Position numbers and translations under genes: made by a program. A DNA stretch of 59,884 nucleotides, filler included, from an uncultured Candidatus Sumerlaeota bacterium (GTDB taxonomy: Bacteria > CAYMEV01): assembly GCA_964389675.1 (NCBI GenBank). It is 12 parts of 12 records of this genome, joined end to end, with 100 filler letters (N's around TTAATTAATTAA, not from the genome) between each part and the next. Parts side by side here need not be neighbours in the genome. Positions count along the whole stretch, not along the records: positions 29,151 to 34,250 come from CAYMEV010000049.1; positions 34,351 to 39,386 come from CAYMEV010000050.1; positions 39,487 to 43,999 come from CAYMEV010000051.1; 9 more parts are not named here. The stretch is one strand, 5' to 3'. Shown in pieces: positions 29,452 through 40,586 of this stretch. Position 1 is the first letter of the stretch; each line of letters starts with the position of its first letter. The notes under the pieces were generated by a model that did no database searches, had not been told where the DNA came from, and saw nothing but the letters and a program-made list of their open reading frames with translations.

Positions 29452-31248
29452 CTACCTTATATTATTCTGGAATGGTTTAAGCTTCTTTGAACGTGATGGA
29501 TGACGAAGTTTTCTAAGGGCTTTTGATTCAATCTGCCTGATTCTCTCCCTTGTTACTGCAAATTCCTTGCCCACATCCTCAAGTTTTGATTCAAGTTCAC
29601 TAGCAATTCCGAATCTCTTGCGGATCTCAAGTTCTTCACGGAACGTAAGTGTCTTTAACAGCCTGTCCATGATTCCCTGCAGGTTATTGCTAACAACTGA
29701 CATTTCCGGGTTCATTGCATTCAGATCTTCGATGCAACCATATAGATGGCTATTGTTATTATAGCCTGCTGGTGCTTCCAGAGCTATTGTACCCTGGGCA
29801 ATAGAGAGCAGCTCCCGGACCTCTAGGGCAGGAAGGTCCATCCTCTCAGCAAGCTCATCGACAGTGGGCTCCCTGCCATTTTCCTGGACCAGTCGCCTGG
29901 AGATCTTCTGCAGTTTGCCCAGCTTGCCAGAAAGATAGGCAGGTATTTTTATGATGCGGCCCTGGGATGCGACCGCTCCTGCAATTGCCCGTCGTATGAA
30001 CCACAGAGCATAGCTTGAGAATCTATATCCCTTTGTGTAATCAAATTTATCGACAGCCTTAACCACCCCAATATTGCCCTCCTGTATGAGATCGCTGAAT
30101 TGAACTCCCCTGCCGCAATATTCCTTTGCAATACTGACAACGAGTCTAAGATTTGACTGGACAAGCCTTGTCCTTGCTTCTTCAGCCTGTGCATAGGATG
30201 TATCTATTGTCAGCATGATGTCTTTTATCTCATCTTCACTGCTGAGGCTGTCAATTATAGCACGTCTTTTTTTTCTCTTTGCATTCCTGATCCCCTTCTC
30301 GAATTTCTCTATATCCTCGCAGCTGATAGTGGGATCCGAAGCTATGCCGCTGTCACTCAGTTCGCCCGATTCAAGGTACTTTTTATATTGCCGAAGAGGC
30401 ATGCCTAATCTTGAATCAACATATTTAATATAATTATTTGCTGATATGATATTTGAATTAAATTCTCTGAGTATATCTACAAACTGTGATATAATGCTGT
30501 CGGAAAAGGGTATTTCAATAAAATATTCCCTTATACGGTTCTGATAATCATCTATACGCTCCCAGTTAACGCTTCCAGATGTTATTATATCTTTTTCAAG
30601 CAAGGGTCTCAGTCTCTTATATATTTTATTTATTTCATCAGTTCTCCTAAAAAATTCATATTTTATTTGATTATTAATAGTACTACCGCCATGAGTCTCT
30701 TCCTGCAATGCCTGCTCTTCAATATCATCTAATTCATCTATATAGTCTGCATCCTCAAACTCAAATGATTTTTTTAATATATCATTTATCTTTATATGAT
30801 TCTTCCTAAGCTTCTTAGCTAATAAAAGCAGCTTTTCAATCACTGGGTTAAAATGGCAAAGAGCCTCTTGAATATCTGCCTTTGCTTCTTCTATCCTCTT
30901 TGCCAGCTCAACCTCTTCATATCTCGTAAGCAGGGGCATTTTGCCCATCTCTATAAGATACATTTTTAGGGGGTCATATCCGTCTGCTTTGCCGTCCGAC
31001 TGACTATCTGTCTTTATGATATTGTTTGCCTGTTCTTCCTGAGAAATCTTTATTCTGTTCATTTCTTCACTTTTAGAGATAAGCTCAATATTATTCTCAT
31101 CAATAATCCCGCATATTTCAGTAAGATTGCTTGGTGTGCTAAGATCATCTGGCAAAATATCACTTACCTGTTCAAAAGTGAGATAGCCATTCGCTTTTCC
31201 CAAGGAAATCAACCTATCTATTGCATTTTTATAACAATTGCCATCCAT
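29452..31248 (-). CDS. rpoD: RpoD-like sigma-70 factor with diverged regions 2.3-3.0
   Basis: Regions 1.1, 1.2 (DPLKMYLIEMG), NLRLVVSIAK, DLIQEGNIG, VTRERIRQIESKALRKLRHP; probably a paralog. Confidence 0.85.
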   Translation of the reverse strand: MDGNCYKNAIDRLISLGKANGYLTFEQVSDILPDDLSTPSNLTEICGIIDENNIELISKSEEMNRIKISQEEQANNIIKTDSQSDGKADGYDPLKMYLIEMGKMPLLTRYEEVELAKRIEEAKADIQEALCHFNPVIEKLLLLAKKLRKNHIKINDILKKSFEFEDADYIDELDDIEEQALQEETHGGSTINNQIKYEFFRRTDEINKIYKRLRPLLEKDIITSGSVNWERIDDYQNRIREYFIEIPFSDSIISQFVDILREFNSNIISANNYIKYVDSRLGMPLRQYKKYLESGELSDSGIASDPTISCEDIEKFEKGIRNAKRKKRRAIIDSLSSEDEIKDIMLTIDTSYAQAEEARTRLVQSNLRLVVSIAKEYCGRGVQFSDLIQEGNIGVVKAVDKFDYTKGYRFSSYALWFIRRAIAGAVASQGRIIKIPAYLSGKLGKLQKISRRLVQENGREPTVDELAERMDLPALEVRELLSIAQGTIALEAPAGYNNNSHLYGCIEDLNAMNPEMSVVSNNLQGIMDRLLKTLTFREELEIRKRFGIASELESKLEDVGKEFAVTRERIRQIESKALRKLRHPSRSKKLKPFQNNIR

Positions 31249-31371
31249 AAGATTCTGCCTCCTCTATAAATTATATGCCTTATTCCTTCGTGGATGATGA
31301 TAACATCTAATATAATAACAAAGTGATAGCTTAAAAACAATCTTAAAGTAATTAATATAACTCAATCGTAA

Positions 31372-31638
31372 TTAATTTTTTCCCCAAAAGTCCAGATGAA
31401 ATTCCTTATAGACCTTCTTCCCCATCGGCGAATCTAAAGGAATAACATCTGGTGATCCGCATTTGGGGCAGACAGCTCTCCTTAAAGCAAATCTGTATAG
31501 TGAAAAGATAGCTGCTATAGTGAGGAAAGGTGGCACTATAAAGCCTATGATCCAGAAGGTAATTTCTGTCCCGAGTGTACCTGGGCCTTTTTTCACTACA
31601 GGACCGCAGTACCCGCATAATTTACATATCTTATCCAT
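31372..31638 (-). CDS. Small zinc-ribbon membrane protein
   Basis: CKLC and CPKC flanking a hydrophobic segment. Confidence 0.75.
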   Translation of the reverse strand: MDKICKLCGYCGPVVKKGPGTLGTEITFWIIGFIVPPFLTIAAIFSLYRFALRRAVCPKCGSPDVIPLDSPMGKKVYKEFHLDFWGKN

Positions 31639-31649
31639 GGTATGTTCCT

Positions 31650-32456
31650 TTAATTTTTATACTTCTTTTCCAGCTCCTGGAGCCTCTGCTTATCATATTC
31701 ATCAAATTCCAGGGATGAATAGACAGGCTCTCCGTCAGGACCGTCAAGGCGCTCCACTGTAACAGTAAGGATAGCATCCGAAGGAACTTCCACTGTTCCC
31801 CATTCGGAAAACATATTGGGCGATAGTCTCCAGCTTGCCTCCTCTCCGGGCTCCAGACCGCCTCTAATCATGTAGTTGAATTCTTCCTTTATCCATGGCA
31901 CACTGCGGTCAGGGCTTGCAACAGTACCTTCAAAATAGGCACGTGATACAGCATAGGGAGTATTATTCCTGACTGTAAGCTCAATAATGGGCTCTTTACC
32001 CATAAATGTTCCCTTCTCGATATAATATCTGGAGCGAATTATCTGGAAGTTCTGCATCTCCTGCTTTGCTTTTTCAGCATTAGCCTTTTTTTCTCTCAGT
32101 TCCTTGATCTCCTGGAGTGCCTGTAATTTTTCCTTTTCTCTTCTTTTTTCCAGTACTCTATTGCTTTCAGAGATGATTTCATCTGCTGTTTTTCCGTGTA
32201 TAGCCTTTTTGAATTTATCCTGCAGATCTTTCGGGTCAGAATTTTCAGCCATAATGTCAGCCAAATCTATCTGGCCGAATAATAATGTCTGCAATGCTTC
32301 ATCAAATTCAGAACGTTTATTCTCCGGCAATGATTCCCTGATCTTCTGGATGCTTTTCTCTGTGGATTCCTCAGTAGATGAATCAATTTTCGGGCTTCCG
32401 CACTGCAGAAATGATAAAAATAGAAATAACATCAGTATTGCCTTAAAAATCTTCAT
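31650..32456 (-). CDS. Lipoprotein (DUF6694-like)
   Basis: Lipobox LQC, PKIDSST, GKTADEII, GGLEPGE. Confidence 0.75.
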   Translation of the reverse strand: MKIFKAILMLFLFLSFLQCGSPKIDSSTEESTEKSIQKIRESLPENKRSEFDEALQTLLFGQIDLADIMAENSDPKDLQDKFKKAIHGKTADEIISESNRVLEKRREKEKLQALQEIKELREKKANAEKAKQEMQNFQIIRSRYYIEKGTFMGKEPIIELTVRNNTPYAVSRAYFEGTVASPDRSVPWIKEEFNYMIRGGLEPGEEASWRLSPNMFSEWGTVEVPSDAILTVTVERLDGPDGEPVYSSLEFDEYDKQRLQELEKKYKN

Positions 32457-32512
32457 AGTATATCTCCTTTACAGGTATTCCACCTTATTTATTTTAATCC
32501 CAATTTTAGGAA

Positions 32513-33214
32513 TTAATTCAAAATATCTATCCATACACGCCATTCAATATTCCTTTCCAGTCCGTATGCCTTTATCTTTTTCAGGAGTATTCTTTCCTCA
32601 GGCTTAAAAGGCCAGTATACAGTCCTGCCTGAATAAACTGAGGGAAAAACTCTGAATTCCTTCTGCTTTTCCCTGCCGTCAGGTGTCTGATAGTAAAGGA
32701 CGAAGGTGGCATTAGATGAACTGCCTGTTTTGTCGGTGCGTTTTACCTTCATATCATATAGGCAATATTTTGAGAGATAGATATTCGGATAGAAATTGAA
32801 TGTATCTGATGTATCATCGAAGATTATATTCTCCTCTATCCAGAATACCCATGCTATTCTATGATTAATTCCTGAGGATTGTATTTTTTTAATCCTTATA
32901 TCTGATCCCGGTATATAGTCCCATTTGATTACATGCCCACCGGAAGCTGAAGGAAATACATCATAGTTCATTGCGCTTAGCCTTCCGTATCTGTCAATAT
33001 ACTGGATGGAGAAGCTCGGCATGGACTGAATACCCTGTACATCCGTTCTCTTTGCAAAGAACTGATACCTTCTGCCTTTAGAAAGCTTTACAGGGTCCTT
33101 GAATATGTGCTCATTCTGCTTATAGCTGTAATAGATCTCTTCTGTGATCTTATATCCATAGGATCCGGAAAGAAATAGTAATAGAACAATGAAAATAAAT
33201 AATAATCTCCTCAT
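32513..33214 (-). CDS. Secreted hypothetical protein with two tandem homologous domains
   Basis: GGAGG RBS before MRRLL; repeated KRTD...VFPS...W...KKI...I.W..WI. Confidence 0.75.
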   Translation of the reverse strand: MRRLLFIFIVLLLFLSGSYGYKITEEIYYSYKQNEHIFKDPVKLSKGRRYQFFAKRTDVQGIQSMPSFSIQYIDRYGRLSAMNYDVFPSASGGHVIKWDYIPGSDIRIKKIQSSGINHRIAWVFWIEENIIFDDTSDTFNFYPNIYLSKYCLYDMKVKRTDKTGSSSNATFVLYYQTPDGREKQKEFRVFPSVYSGRTVYWPFKPEERILLKKIKAYGLERNIEWRVWIDILN

Positions 33215-33354
33215 ACAAACCTCCACTTGTGAACTTTTCCCAATTGATAATAAATATATGACCTTTAATGGGGAAAGTCAAGGCTATAATAAGTGAATAT
33301 TCCAGATGAAAAAAATATTATGGAATTTGATTTTTAGGATATCGGGGAGTAAGC

Positions 33355-33380
33355 TGTCTGGTGACAATTATTCCTACTCA
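33355..33380 (+). mobile_element. Orphan IS21-like terminal repeat
   Basis: TGTCTGGTGACAATTATTCCTACTCA, two mismatches to 55161-55186. Confidence 0.55.
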
Positions 33381-33393
33381 TTTACCGGTCCAG

Positions 33394-33801
33394 TTAATTG
33401 GGGTCGGTGCTCTCTTTTGGCTTTGTACCAGTAGCTTCTTTTTCAAGATAAGCTAAGATTCTGTCATAATTTTCTATTATCTTGTCAAATTTTTCTTTTA
33501 TCCTCTTCATTGTTTCAATATTTTCAGGACTGGTATCAGAGTCGGCACTTTGCATTATTTCCTTTGATACATCAGTTACGTATTCTCGTGTCTGTTTTAT
33601 TTCGTTGTATCCTATTGTGTCTTTCTCATCAGCAGAAGAATTTTCAGTACCTTCCGGAATGTCTCCATTGATATTCTGTAGCTGATGTAGACAATCGTCA
33701 TATGAAAAGTTCGTATCATCTTCCGGAGGAATGCATTTAATGAGAATTTCTGTCTGATATAGAATGCCATCAAGCTTTCTTTCAATATCATTATAATCCA
33801 T
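33394..33801 (-). CDS. Hypothetical acidic protein
   Basis: 135-aa ORF with GAGG RBS; no recognised motif. Confidence 0.55.
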   Translation of the reverse strand: MDYNDIERKLDGILYQTEILIKCIPPEDDTNFSYDDCLHQLQNINGDIPEGTENSSADEKDTIGYNEIKQTREYVTDVSKEIMQSADSDTSPENIETMKRIKEKFDKIIENYDRILAYLEKEATGTKPKESTDPN

Positions 33802-34020
33802 ATTTTACCCTCACATAGTTTTGCTAATAGCTCTAATATAGACTATTTATTATTAAAAAACAAATAATTTTTATCTACCACAATCAGAGCATGGCTTCTC
33901 AATGCCTGCAGATACGTGATAAATTTTTTTGTAAGACAGATCTGCAATTTTTCATTATTAGCAAATAATGTACTACTGGAGTATTGGAATTATCTACAAA
34001 ATAAGGGAAGAGAAAATATT

Positions 34021-34250
34021 ATGAAACTACAAGTATTTATATGTCTGACATTAGTTATCTGCCTTTTATCAGGCTGCGGGACTGTCATGGGCGTAAAAGC
34101 ACCTCCTGAGTCAAGAACTATGGAGAGAATTATTGATGTTGCAAATGCACATAAGGATAAGCTGTATATAAAAGCTAGCTGACACATTTGTTTCTGCAGA
34201 ATCAGTAAATGAATTGCAGGATAAAGAATCGGGCAAGATTGCAGGCAAAT
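34021..34250 (+). pseudogene. Disrupted lipoprotein (DUF4468-like)
   Basis: Lipobox LSGC, KDKLYIKA*, then out-of-frame SAESV...QDKESGKIAGK. Confidence 0.55.
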
Positions 34251-34350
34251 NNNNNNNNNNNNNNNNNNNNNNNNNNNNNNNNNNNNNNNNNNNNTTAATT
34301 AATTAANNNNNNNNNNNNNNNNNNNNNNNNNNNNNNNNNNNNNNNNNNNN

Positions 34351-34405
34351 GTGTCATGTGTCCTAATATTGAAAAATATCTTTGCTATAAGAGATTTTTA
34401 GGTAA
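34351..34405 (+). mobile_element. End of an unassigned repeated element (identical to reverse complement of 57820-57874)
   Basis: 55-bp identity at two contig edges, each interrupting a gene. Confidence 0.75.
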
Positions 34406-35611
34406 TACTATATTTTTCATCATGGCCTTATTCGACAGATACAAATAATTGCAGAAATCACTTGAATAAACATGGCTTCCGCAATATTGGCAGTTTGATG
34501 AACTTATTCTGTAAAGTATCTTTGCAAGGTTTTCACTGCTGATGATCTTTTCCTTTGCAATGATACCTAAAAAGACTGGTATGATATCAGTACACCGGCA
34601 GCATTTATTCTGTTTCGAATATACTATGCATTCACTACTGTTTCTGCAGTCGCATTTTATTACATTAAGATGCGGATTAAGCTCCATGAGGTTTATAATG
34701 CAATCCGGGCTGAAGCCGTTCTCCCATTCAAAAGTCCTGTTTATCAGGAAAGCCAGCCTGCTTACTGATATGAATCCGTTTAAAAGGGTGATCATATTGA
34801 TTGCTTCCCATAAGGGCTGTATTAATTCCAGGGATTTTTCCTGAGAAAGGATAGATGCTGACCTCTTAATGATCTGCCTTATCCTTTCCCTTGAAAGATG
34901 GGATTTTACAGCAAGGTTTTCCAGCGTGTATCTTTTATTTTTTGAAAAAAGCCTGAGATAGAGTATATCAGAATGGGATTTATTATTAAGTACGGGTGTA
35001 ATCCATGATTTCAGGAATTTTTCATAATCACTGTTCTCCTCCTTTATTTTGAGAAATAAGCCCAGATGCGGGGAAAAGATCTTCCTGTATAATTCAGGCA
35101 GGGCATTAAGCCCATGAAGAAGATATAAGGAATCACTGGATAAGCCAAAATCTGCAAAGAGCCCGTATTCTGTTTTTTCAAGTATATCATTGAGCCTTAT
35201 GCTGTTATGACCGGCAAGGAATCTTGATATACCTTCAGGCAGAATTTCTTTTTTGATAGTACTGCATTTTAACAGGAATATGCCCAGCACCTTGTGTATT
35301 TTATCAATATCCTGAGTCAGGTCCCCAAGTTCTTTTATTTTTAGGTGGAACATTCTGGTCAGGATGTAGTGTATCCGGCAGATGGCCTTCTCAAAAATAT
35401 TCCTGCTGGTGATGGATATTAGATATTCAATGGATGAGGAAATGAATATATCCATTTTATCTTCAGGAAAAACAGAAGATCCTGCCAGGACCTGAAGTTC
35501 CTCAGGGCTGAAAGAATAATGATCGGATATAAAGGAGTTCTCTGCCCAGGATAGTACTGATGACCTTTCCTTTTCCCCGCATATGTACAGGTCGAGAATT
35601 GACTTTCCCAA
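34406..35611 (-). pseudogene. Protein with sigma-70 region-4-like HTH and Cys-rich segment, truncated by the element
   Basis: YTLENLAVKSHLSRERIRQI; stop codon supplied by inserted sequence. Confidence 0.6.
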
Positions 35612-35759
35612 AATGGCAAAATACTGCTTTTTACTTCTGTTCTCCAGAATAATAATACCCCTGCTCCAAATACATTAATATTATAAATATAAAATTATGA
35701 TGTGTCAATAGAAAATATTTTATGGAAATTTTTTGTTTCTGGATATAAGCTTTTGTTTC

Positions 35760-37106
35760 ATGAGAGTCCTAAACAGCAAAAGGATAAGAAGGCTCAATCA
35801 GGCAACTTCAGGAAGCGGCCCCGTAATATACTGGATGCAGAGAGACCAGCGGGTATCTGACAACTGGGCATTTTCATTTTCATGCGAGCTTGCTGATATT
35901 AAAAAACAGCCTCTTATTGTTGTTTTTAATATTGTTGAGGAATTTGCACGGGCATTGCCGAAACATTACAGCTTTATGCTTAAAAGCCTAAAAGGGGTTT
36001 CATATAGCTTGGCCGGCCTTGGTGTGCTGTTTATTGTAATGAAGGGATCTCCTTGTGAGAATATTTCAGCCATAGCAGAAAAGTATGGAGCTTCTGCAAT
36101 AGTTGCTGATTTCAATCCCCTGAAAATTGTGAGGGAATGGAAGTCTGCTTTAATCAGGAGAGTGGATATCCCCCTTTTCGAGGTGGATGCTCATAATATT
36201 GTGCCATGCTGGATCGCTTCCCAAAAACAGGAATACGGAGCATATACCATAAGGCCCAGAATAAAGAAGATGCTTCCCGAGTTCCTTACAGTTCTCCCAT
36301 CCCCTGAGAAGCGAAAGATTATAATAGAACCGGATCAGAATCCGACTGATATATTAGACAGAGAACTGATGAATATTGGTGAGAAATCCCAAAATGGGAT
36401 GGGAGCAGTATATGGAGAAGCAGAAGCATTAACATCGCTTTCAGCTTTTATCAGCAAAAAACTTGAAAGATACCATACTGATAAAAATGATCCAAACTCT
36501 GATGCAGTATCAGGCCTTTCCCACTATCTTCACTTCGGCATTGTTTCCGCACAGAGGATAGCACTGGATGTCATGTCTGCGGATGTTCCTGATGAAGCAA
36601 GGGAAAGCTTTCTGGAAGAGCTTATAATCAGGAGGGAGCTGAGCGATAATTTCTGTTTCTACAATCCCGGTTATGACAGCTTTGCAGGCCTTCCGGAATG
36701 GTCAAAGAAAACTTTGATAAAGCATGCGGGGGACAGGCGGGAATATACCTACAGCTACAGTGACCTTGAAAACAGCATGACCCATGATGAACTCTGGAAC
36801 GCTGCTCAAAGGCAGATGGTGAATAAGGGGAAAATGCACGGATATATGAGGATGTACTGGGCAAAGAAGATACTTGAATGGACCGCATCACCGCAAGAGG
36901 CTGTTGAAATCTGCATCAGGCTGAATGATACATATGAGTATGACGGAAGGGACCCTAACGGATATGCCGGCTGTCTGTGGGCTGTCGGGGGCCTCCATGA
37001 CAGGCCATGGAAGGAGAGGGAAATATTTGGGAATATAAGGTATATGAACCGCAGGGGTTGCGAGAGAAAATTTGATGTCGAGAGATATATTAAGGAAAAT
37101 AGCTAA
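35760..37106 (+). CDS. phrB: Class II CPD DNA photolyase
   Basis: YWMQRDQRVSDNWA, EVDAHNIVP, GKMHGYMRMYWAKKILEW, DGRDPNGYAG. Confidence 0.95.
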   Translation: MRVLNSKRIRRLNQATSGSGPVIYWMQRDQRVSDNWAFSFSCELADIKKQPLIVVFNIVEEFARALPKHYSFMLKSLKGVSYSLAGLGVLFIVMKGSPCENISAIAEKYGASAIVADFNPLKIVREWKSALIRRVDIPLFEVDAHNIVPCWIASQKQEYGAYTIRPRIKKMLPEFLTVLPSPEKRKIIIEPDQNPTDILDRELMNIGEKSQNGMGAVYGEAEALTSLSAFISKKLERYHTDKNDPNSDAVSGLSHYLHFGIVSAQRIALDVMSADVPDEARESFLEELIIRRELSDNFCFYNPGYDSFAGLPEWSKKTLIKHAGDRREYTYSYSDLENSMTHDELWNAAQRQMVNKGKMHGYMRMYWAKKILEWTASPQEAVEICIRLNDTYEYDGRDPNGYAGCLWAVGGLHDRPWKEREIFGNIRYMNRRGCERKFDVERYIKENS

Positions 37107-37336
37107 TAATATCCAAAATCCTCAGCTTCGAAATATATCTTAAATAAGGATACCAAGTTCCATTCCTGATATGAAGAACTTATCCTGCCTTAATTTGAAT
37201 CCTGCTGATGTGCTATATGATAAGTCCGTAATTATATTATGACATCTTAATGATTTAAGGCTTCCAGACCTTGATTTTTTAAAGATTTTGTGGTATAATG
37301 ACAAAATAATTAGAAACTAATAAAAGGAGATTATTT

Positions 37337-39386
37337 GTGATCAAAAAAACTTTGATACTTATGGCGGCAATCTTTCTGATCTCTCTGGCTGCATTTTCCC
37401 AGGACGGATTTATACCATTCATGGAGCAGGAAAACACTGATGTTTTCATATCGTCCTATAAGGCTGATGAGATAATAGTAAAGGTTAATTCACACGGTAC
37501 ATTCTTCAGCCTTGTATACAAGGAAGGCAAGGCATTCGCAGACCTGAGCCTGGAGAAAGGCTCTATTTACGGTGAGATAGGTGACCCCAAGCTTCCTGTA
37601 TTCTATAAGTTTATCGTAATTCCTGAAGGCGGGGAGCCGGTTATCAATTACAGGGCAGGGAAATCCTACCATATTGACCTGGTAACAGAATCAGGGGCTG
37701 AGTATATAATCCCTGTACAGCCTCCTGTGAGGAAGACACCTGATCCTGATGAGGTTAAAAAATTCCACTTTAATAAGATAACATATAATAAAGATGCATT
37801 TTTCCCGGAAGAATTTGTAATTGCAGGTGATGAGATAAGGGCAAGGGGAATGAGGATCATCCCTTTAACAATATTTCCCGTTAAATACAATCCGGTATTA
37901 TCTAAAATAGAGGTATACCCTGAGATTGAGGTTGATATAAAGATTAAAAATGCTGATATGACAAAGACCCATCAGACGCTGAGCAGGTATTCATCAAGCC
38001 TGAGCGAGGTTTACAGGGCAAGCTCGATAGGTGGCGGATTTATAAGATGGGGGACCAAATCCACAGGCTTTGACTCAGAGGCTATGCTTATTATAAGCAA
38101 CAGCGCATTCTACAGCACCATGCAGGATTTTGTCGATTGGAAGGAGAAGAAGGGCTACAGGGTAACCCATGTTAACCAGTCAAATATAACAAACGGCACA
38201 ACAACAGCAGGAATAAAGAATTATATCCAGAATGCATACGATAACTGGGACAAACCGCCTACATTCATAATACTTGTCGGTGATTCCAATACAATCCCCA
38301 CTTTCACAGGAGAGGGTTCGGACTCTGCTGCTGATGTATATTATACCTATCTTGACGGGAGCGACTATTTCCCTGATGCAGGTATAAGCAGGATCTCTGT
38401 GAGGACGACAGCACAGCTGAATACATACCTGAACAAGCTATTATACTATGAGCAGTACGGAAACTCAAATGTATCCTGGATGAATGATGCCGCTCTTATC
38501 TCAGGTGAAGACAGCGGTTATTACACTGTTGGGGAAGGTACTTTCAACTGGGTGGTAGGCACATATCTTGATGATTATGACTGGGATTACCAGAAGCTTT
38601 ACCGTCATACATATGATGCTACAAAGACAGAGGTAATATCAGCTATGAACAGCGGGCTCATGATCTCCAACTATACGGCCCACTGCAGTGAAACAGCCTG
38701 GGGGTTCCGTTCAGGTCAGTATATCTATAATGCAGATGTCCATGGGCTTACAAACAGCAATATGTATTTCTATGCCATAGGCAACTGCTGTCTCAGTGCG
38801 AAGTTTGACACGGTAGACGAATCAATAGGCGAGGCGTTCATGCGAACTGAGAATGCTGCCATCGCCTACTGGGGAGCTTCCAATTATTCTTACTGGGATG
38901 AGGATGATATCCTTGCAAAAAAGGCATATACAGGATTATTTTATGAGAAGATACAGAATATATCCCTGAATGCGAATTATGCCAAGATACAGCTCTGGCA
39001 GTACTATTCAGGCGGCGGAAGATCTCAATATTATATGGATTTCTATAATGTACTTGGTGACGGGTCAACAACAATTCCAAGAAAGCTTCCTACACAGATG
39101 ACAGTTACCCATCCCGGCAGTGTCTCCATAGGAGCTGCAACAATGTCTGTCAGTGTTTCATCGTCATCAGGAGCCGTTGATGATGCAATAGTCAGTGCAT
39201 ATAATCCTGATATAGGCATCAGGGGATCAGCCATGACAAACTCTACAGGAAATGCTGTAATAACCTTTGATACAGCTGTATCCCAGAGCGGGACTTTTGT
39301 CCTTATGGTTACGCACCCTGATCATATAAATTATGAATCCACCATCACTGTTGGCAGTAATTCAGACGGTAGCATCAGCCTTGACA
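37337..39386 (+). CDS. C25 (gingipain-like) cysteine peptidase with propeptide, partial
   Basis: G.PKLP propeptide, WKEKKGY, ILVGD, SNYTAHCS (His), GNCCLS (Cys), NVLGD. Confidence 0.9.
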
Positions 39387-39486
39387 NNNNNNNNNNNNNN
39401 NNNNNNNNNNNNNNNNNNNNNNNNNNNNNNTTAATTAATTAANNNNNNNNNNNNNNNNNNNNNNNNNNNNNNNNNNNNNNNNNNNN

Positions 39487-39540
39487 AGATCTTGGGAGAC
39501 ACACTATTTTTTTAATTTACAGAAAATATTTTACACTCTC
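39487..39540 (-). mobile_element. IS256-family terminus
   Basis: Reverse complement GAGAGTGTAAAATATTTTCTGTAAAT; identical to 43945-43998. Confidence 0.8.
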
Positions 39541-40361
39541 GTCTCTGTTATCCAGAATGGTATCTCTTTACCAAGAGTTGCATCAATAATGGACCTGAAG
39601 AGAAGGCATTTGTGTGCAAGGTCAAAGCCGTTCTGCCTGTTTTCAGGGGCTCCCCTCCTGTCCACATACAAAAGCTGGTTTACCATGTCAAACCCCGGTT
39701 TTTTCCTCTGGTTCAGGCATCCAAGGGTATGAATGTATTCAAAGTCTATCACAGAAGGCCCGATAAGCCTTATCTCATTGTACTTCTCTTCTTTCAGAAG
39801 CATTGCTTTCTCAAACAGCTTCAGATACTGCCTGCCCGACATTATGCCCCATTTTACCCTGTTGAATGCATGCCCTATAATGAAATGACTGCAGTATGGA
39901 GACAATCTCCCGAATATCAAATCAAGCTCATTCTGCCACTTACCCAGGTCATTTACAGAGTCCTGCCCCTGTATGATATCAGCTATTACTTCTATATCAT
40001 TAGCAGTGATATCCCTGATAAACCCCAGGGTATTTTCCATACTGTCAAGGCTCCAGACAGGTATCCTTAAAAGCAGGCTGTCTGGCTTCAGCTCAATGAT
40101 ATGACATGAAAGCTTATCCAGCAGTTCAGGTTCATTGCCTGTGCTGAGGCAGAATCCTGAAGGGATGTCCCGGGAAACGGGATAAAGGCTTTTAAGCCCC
40201 TTTTTATAATGATACAGGGTTTTTGGAAGCCCTTTTAGGAAATAGTAGAAGAAGCTTAAGTGCGACTTCCCATGGCTTAATAAAAGCATGTTCCTCTGCA
40301 GTTTGCTTTTTGGCCTGTCAGGCTGGTGGCTTTTTGGATTATATAAAAACTTGCCTTCCAT
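39541..40361 (-). pseudogene. Glycoside hydrolase-like protein truncated by IS256 end
   Basis: NRVKWG, GPSVIDFE, LLYVDRRGAPEN, WITE immediately followed by IS sequence. Confidence 0.7.
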
Positions 40362-40497
40362 TTATAAAGTATCCGTTTTATTAAAATAGAACAAATAATA
40401 CAAGTATTTTATACATGCAATACTCTTTATCAATATAATAATAAAAGAGCATACTGGCATAAAATTGAATCAAATCTTATTGAATGTTAAAAAAATT

Positions 40498-40532
40498 AGG
40501 ACAGGCTGTCTTACTAGTAGCAGCCTGTCCTG
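40498..40532 (-). terminator. Terminator hairpin
   Basis: AGGACAGGCTG...CAGCCTGTCCT downstream of 40587..42740. Confidence 0.7.
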
Positions 40533-40586
40533 TTAGAATAAAAATTTATATTATTTAATAAATGAAAAAACTATATACTGAGAATA

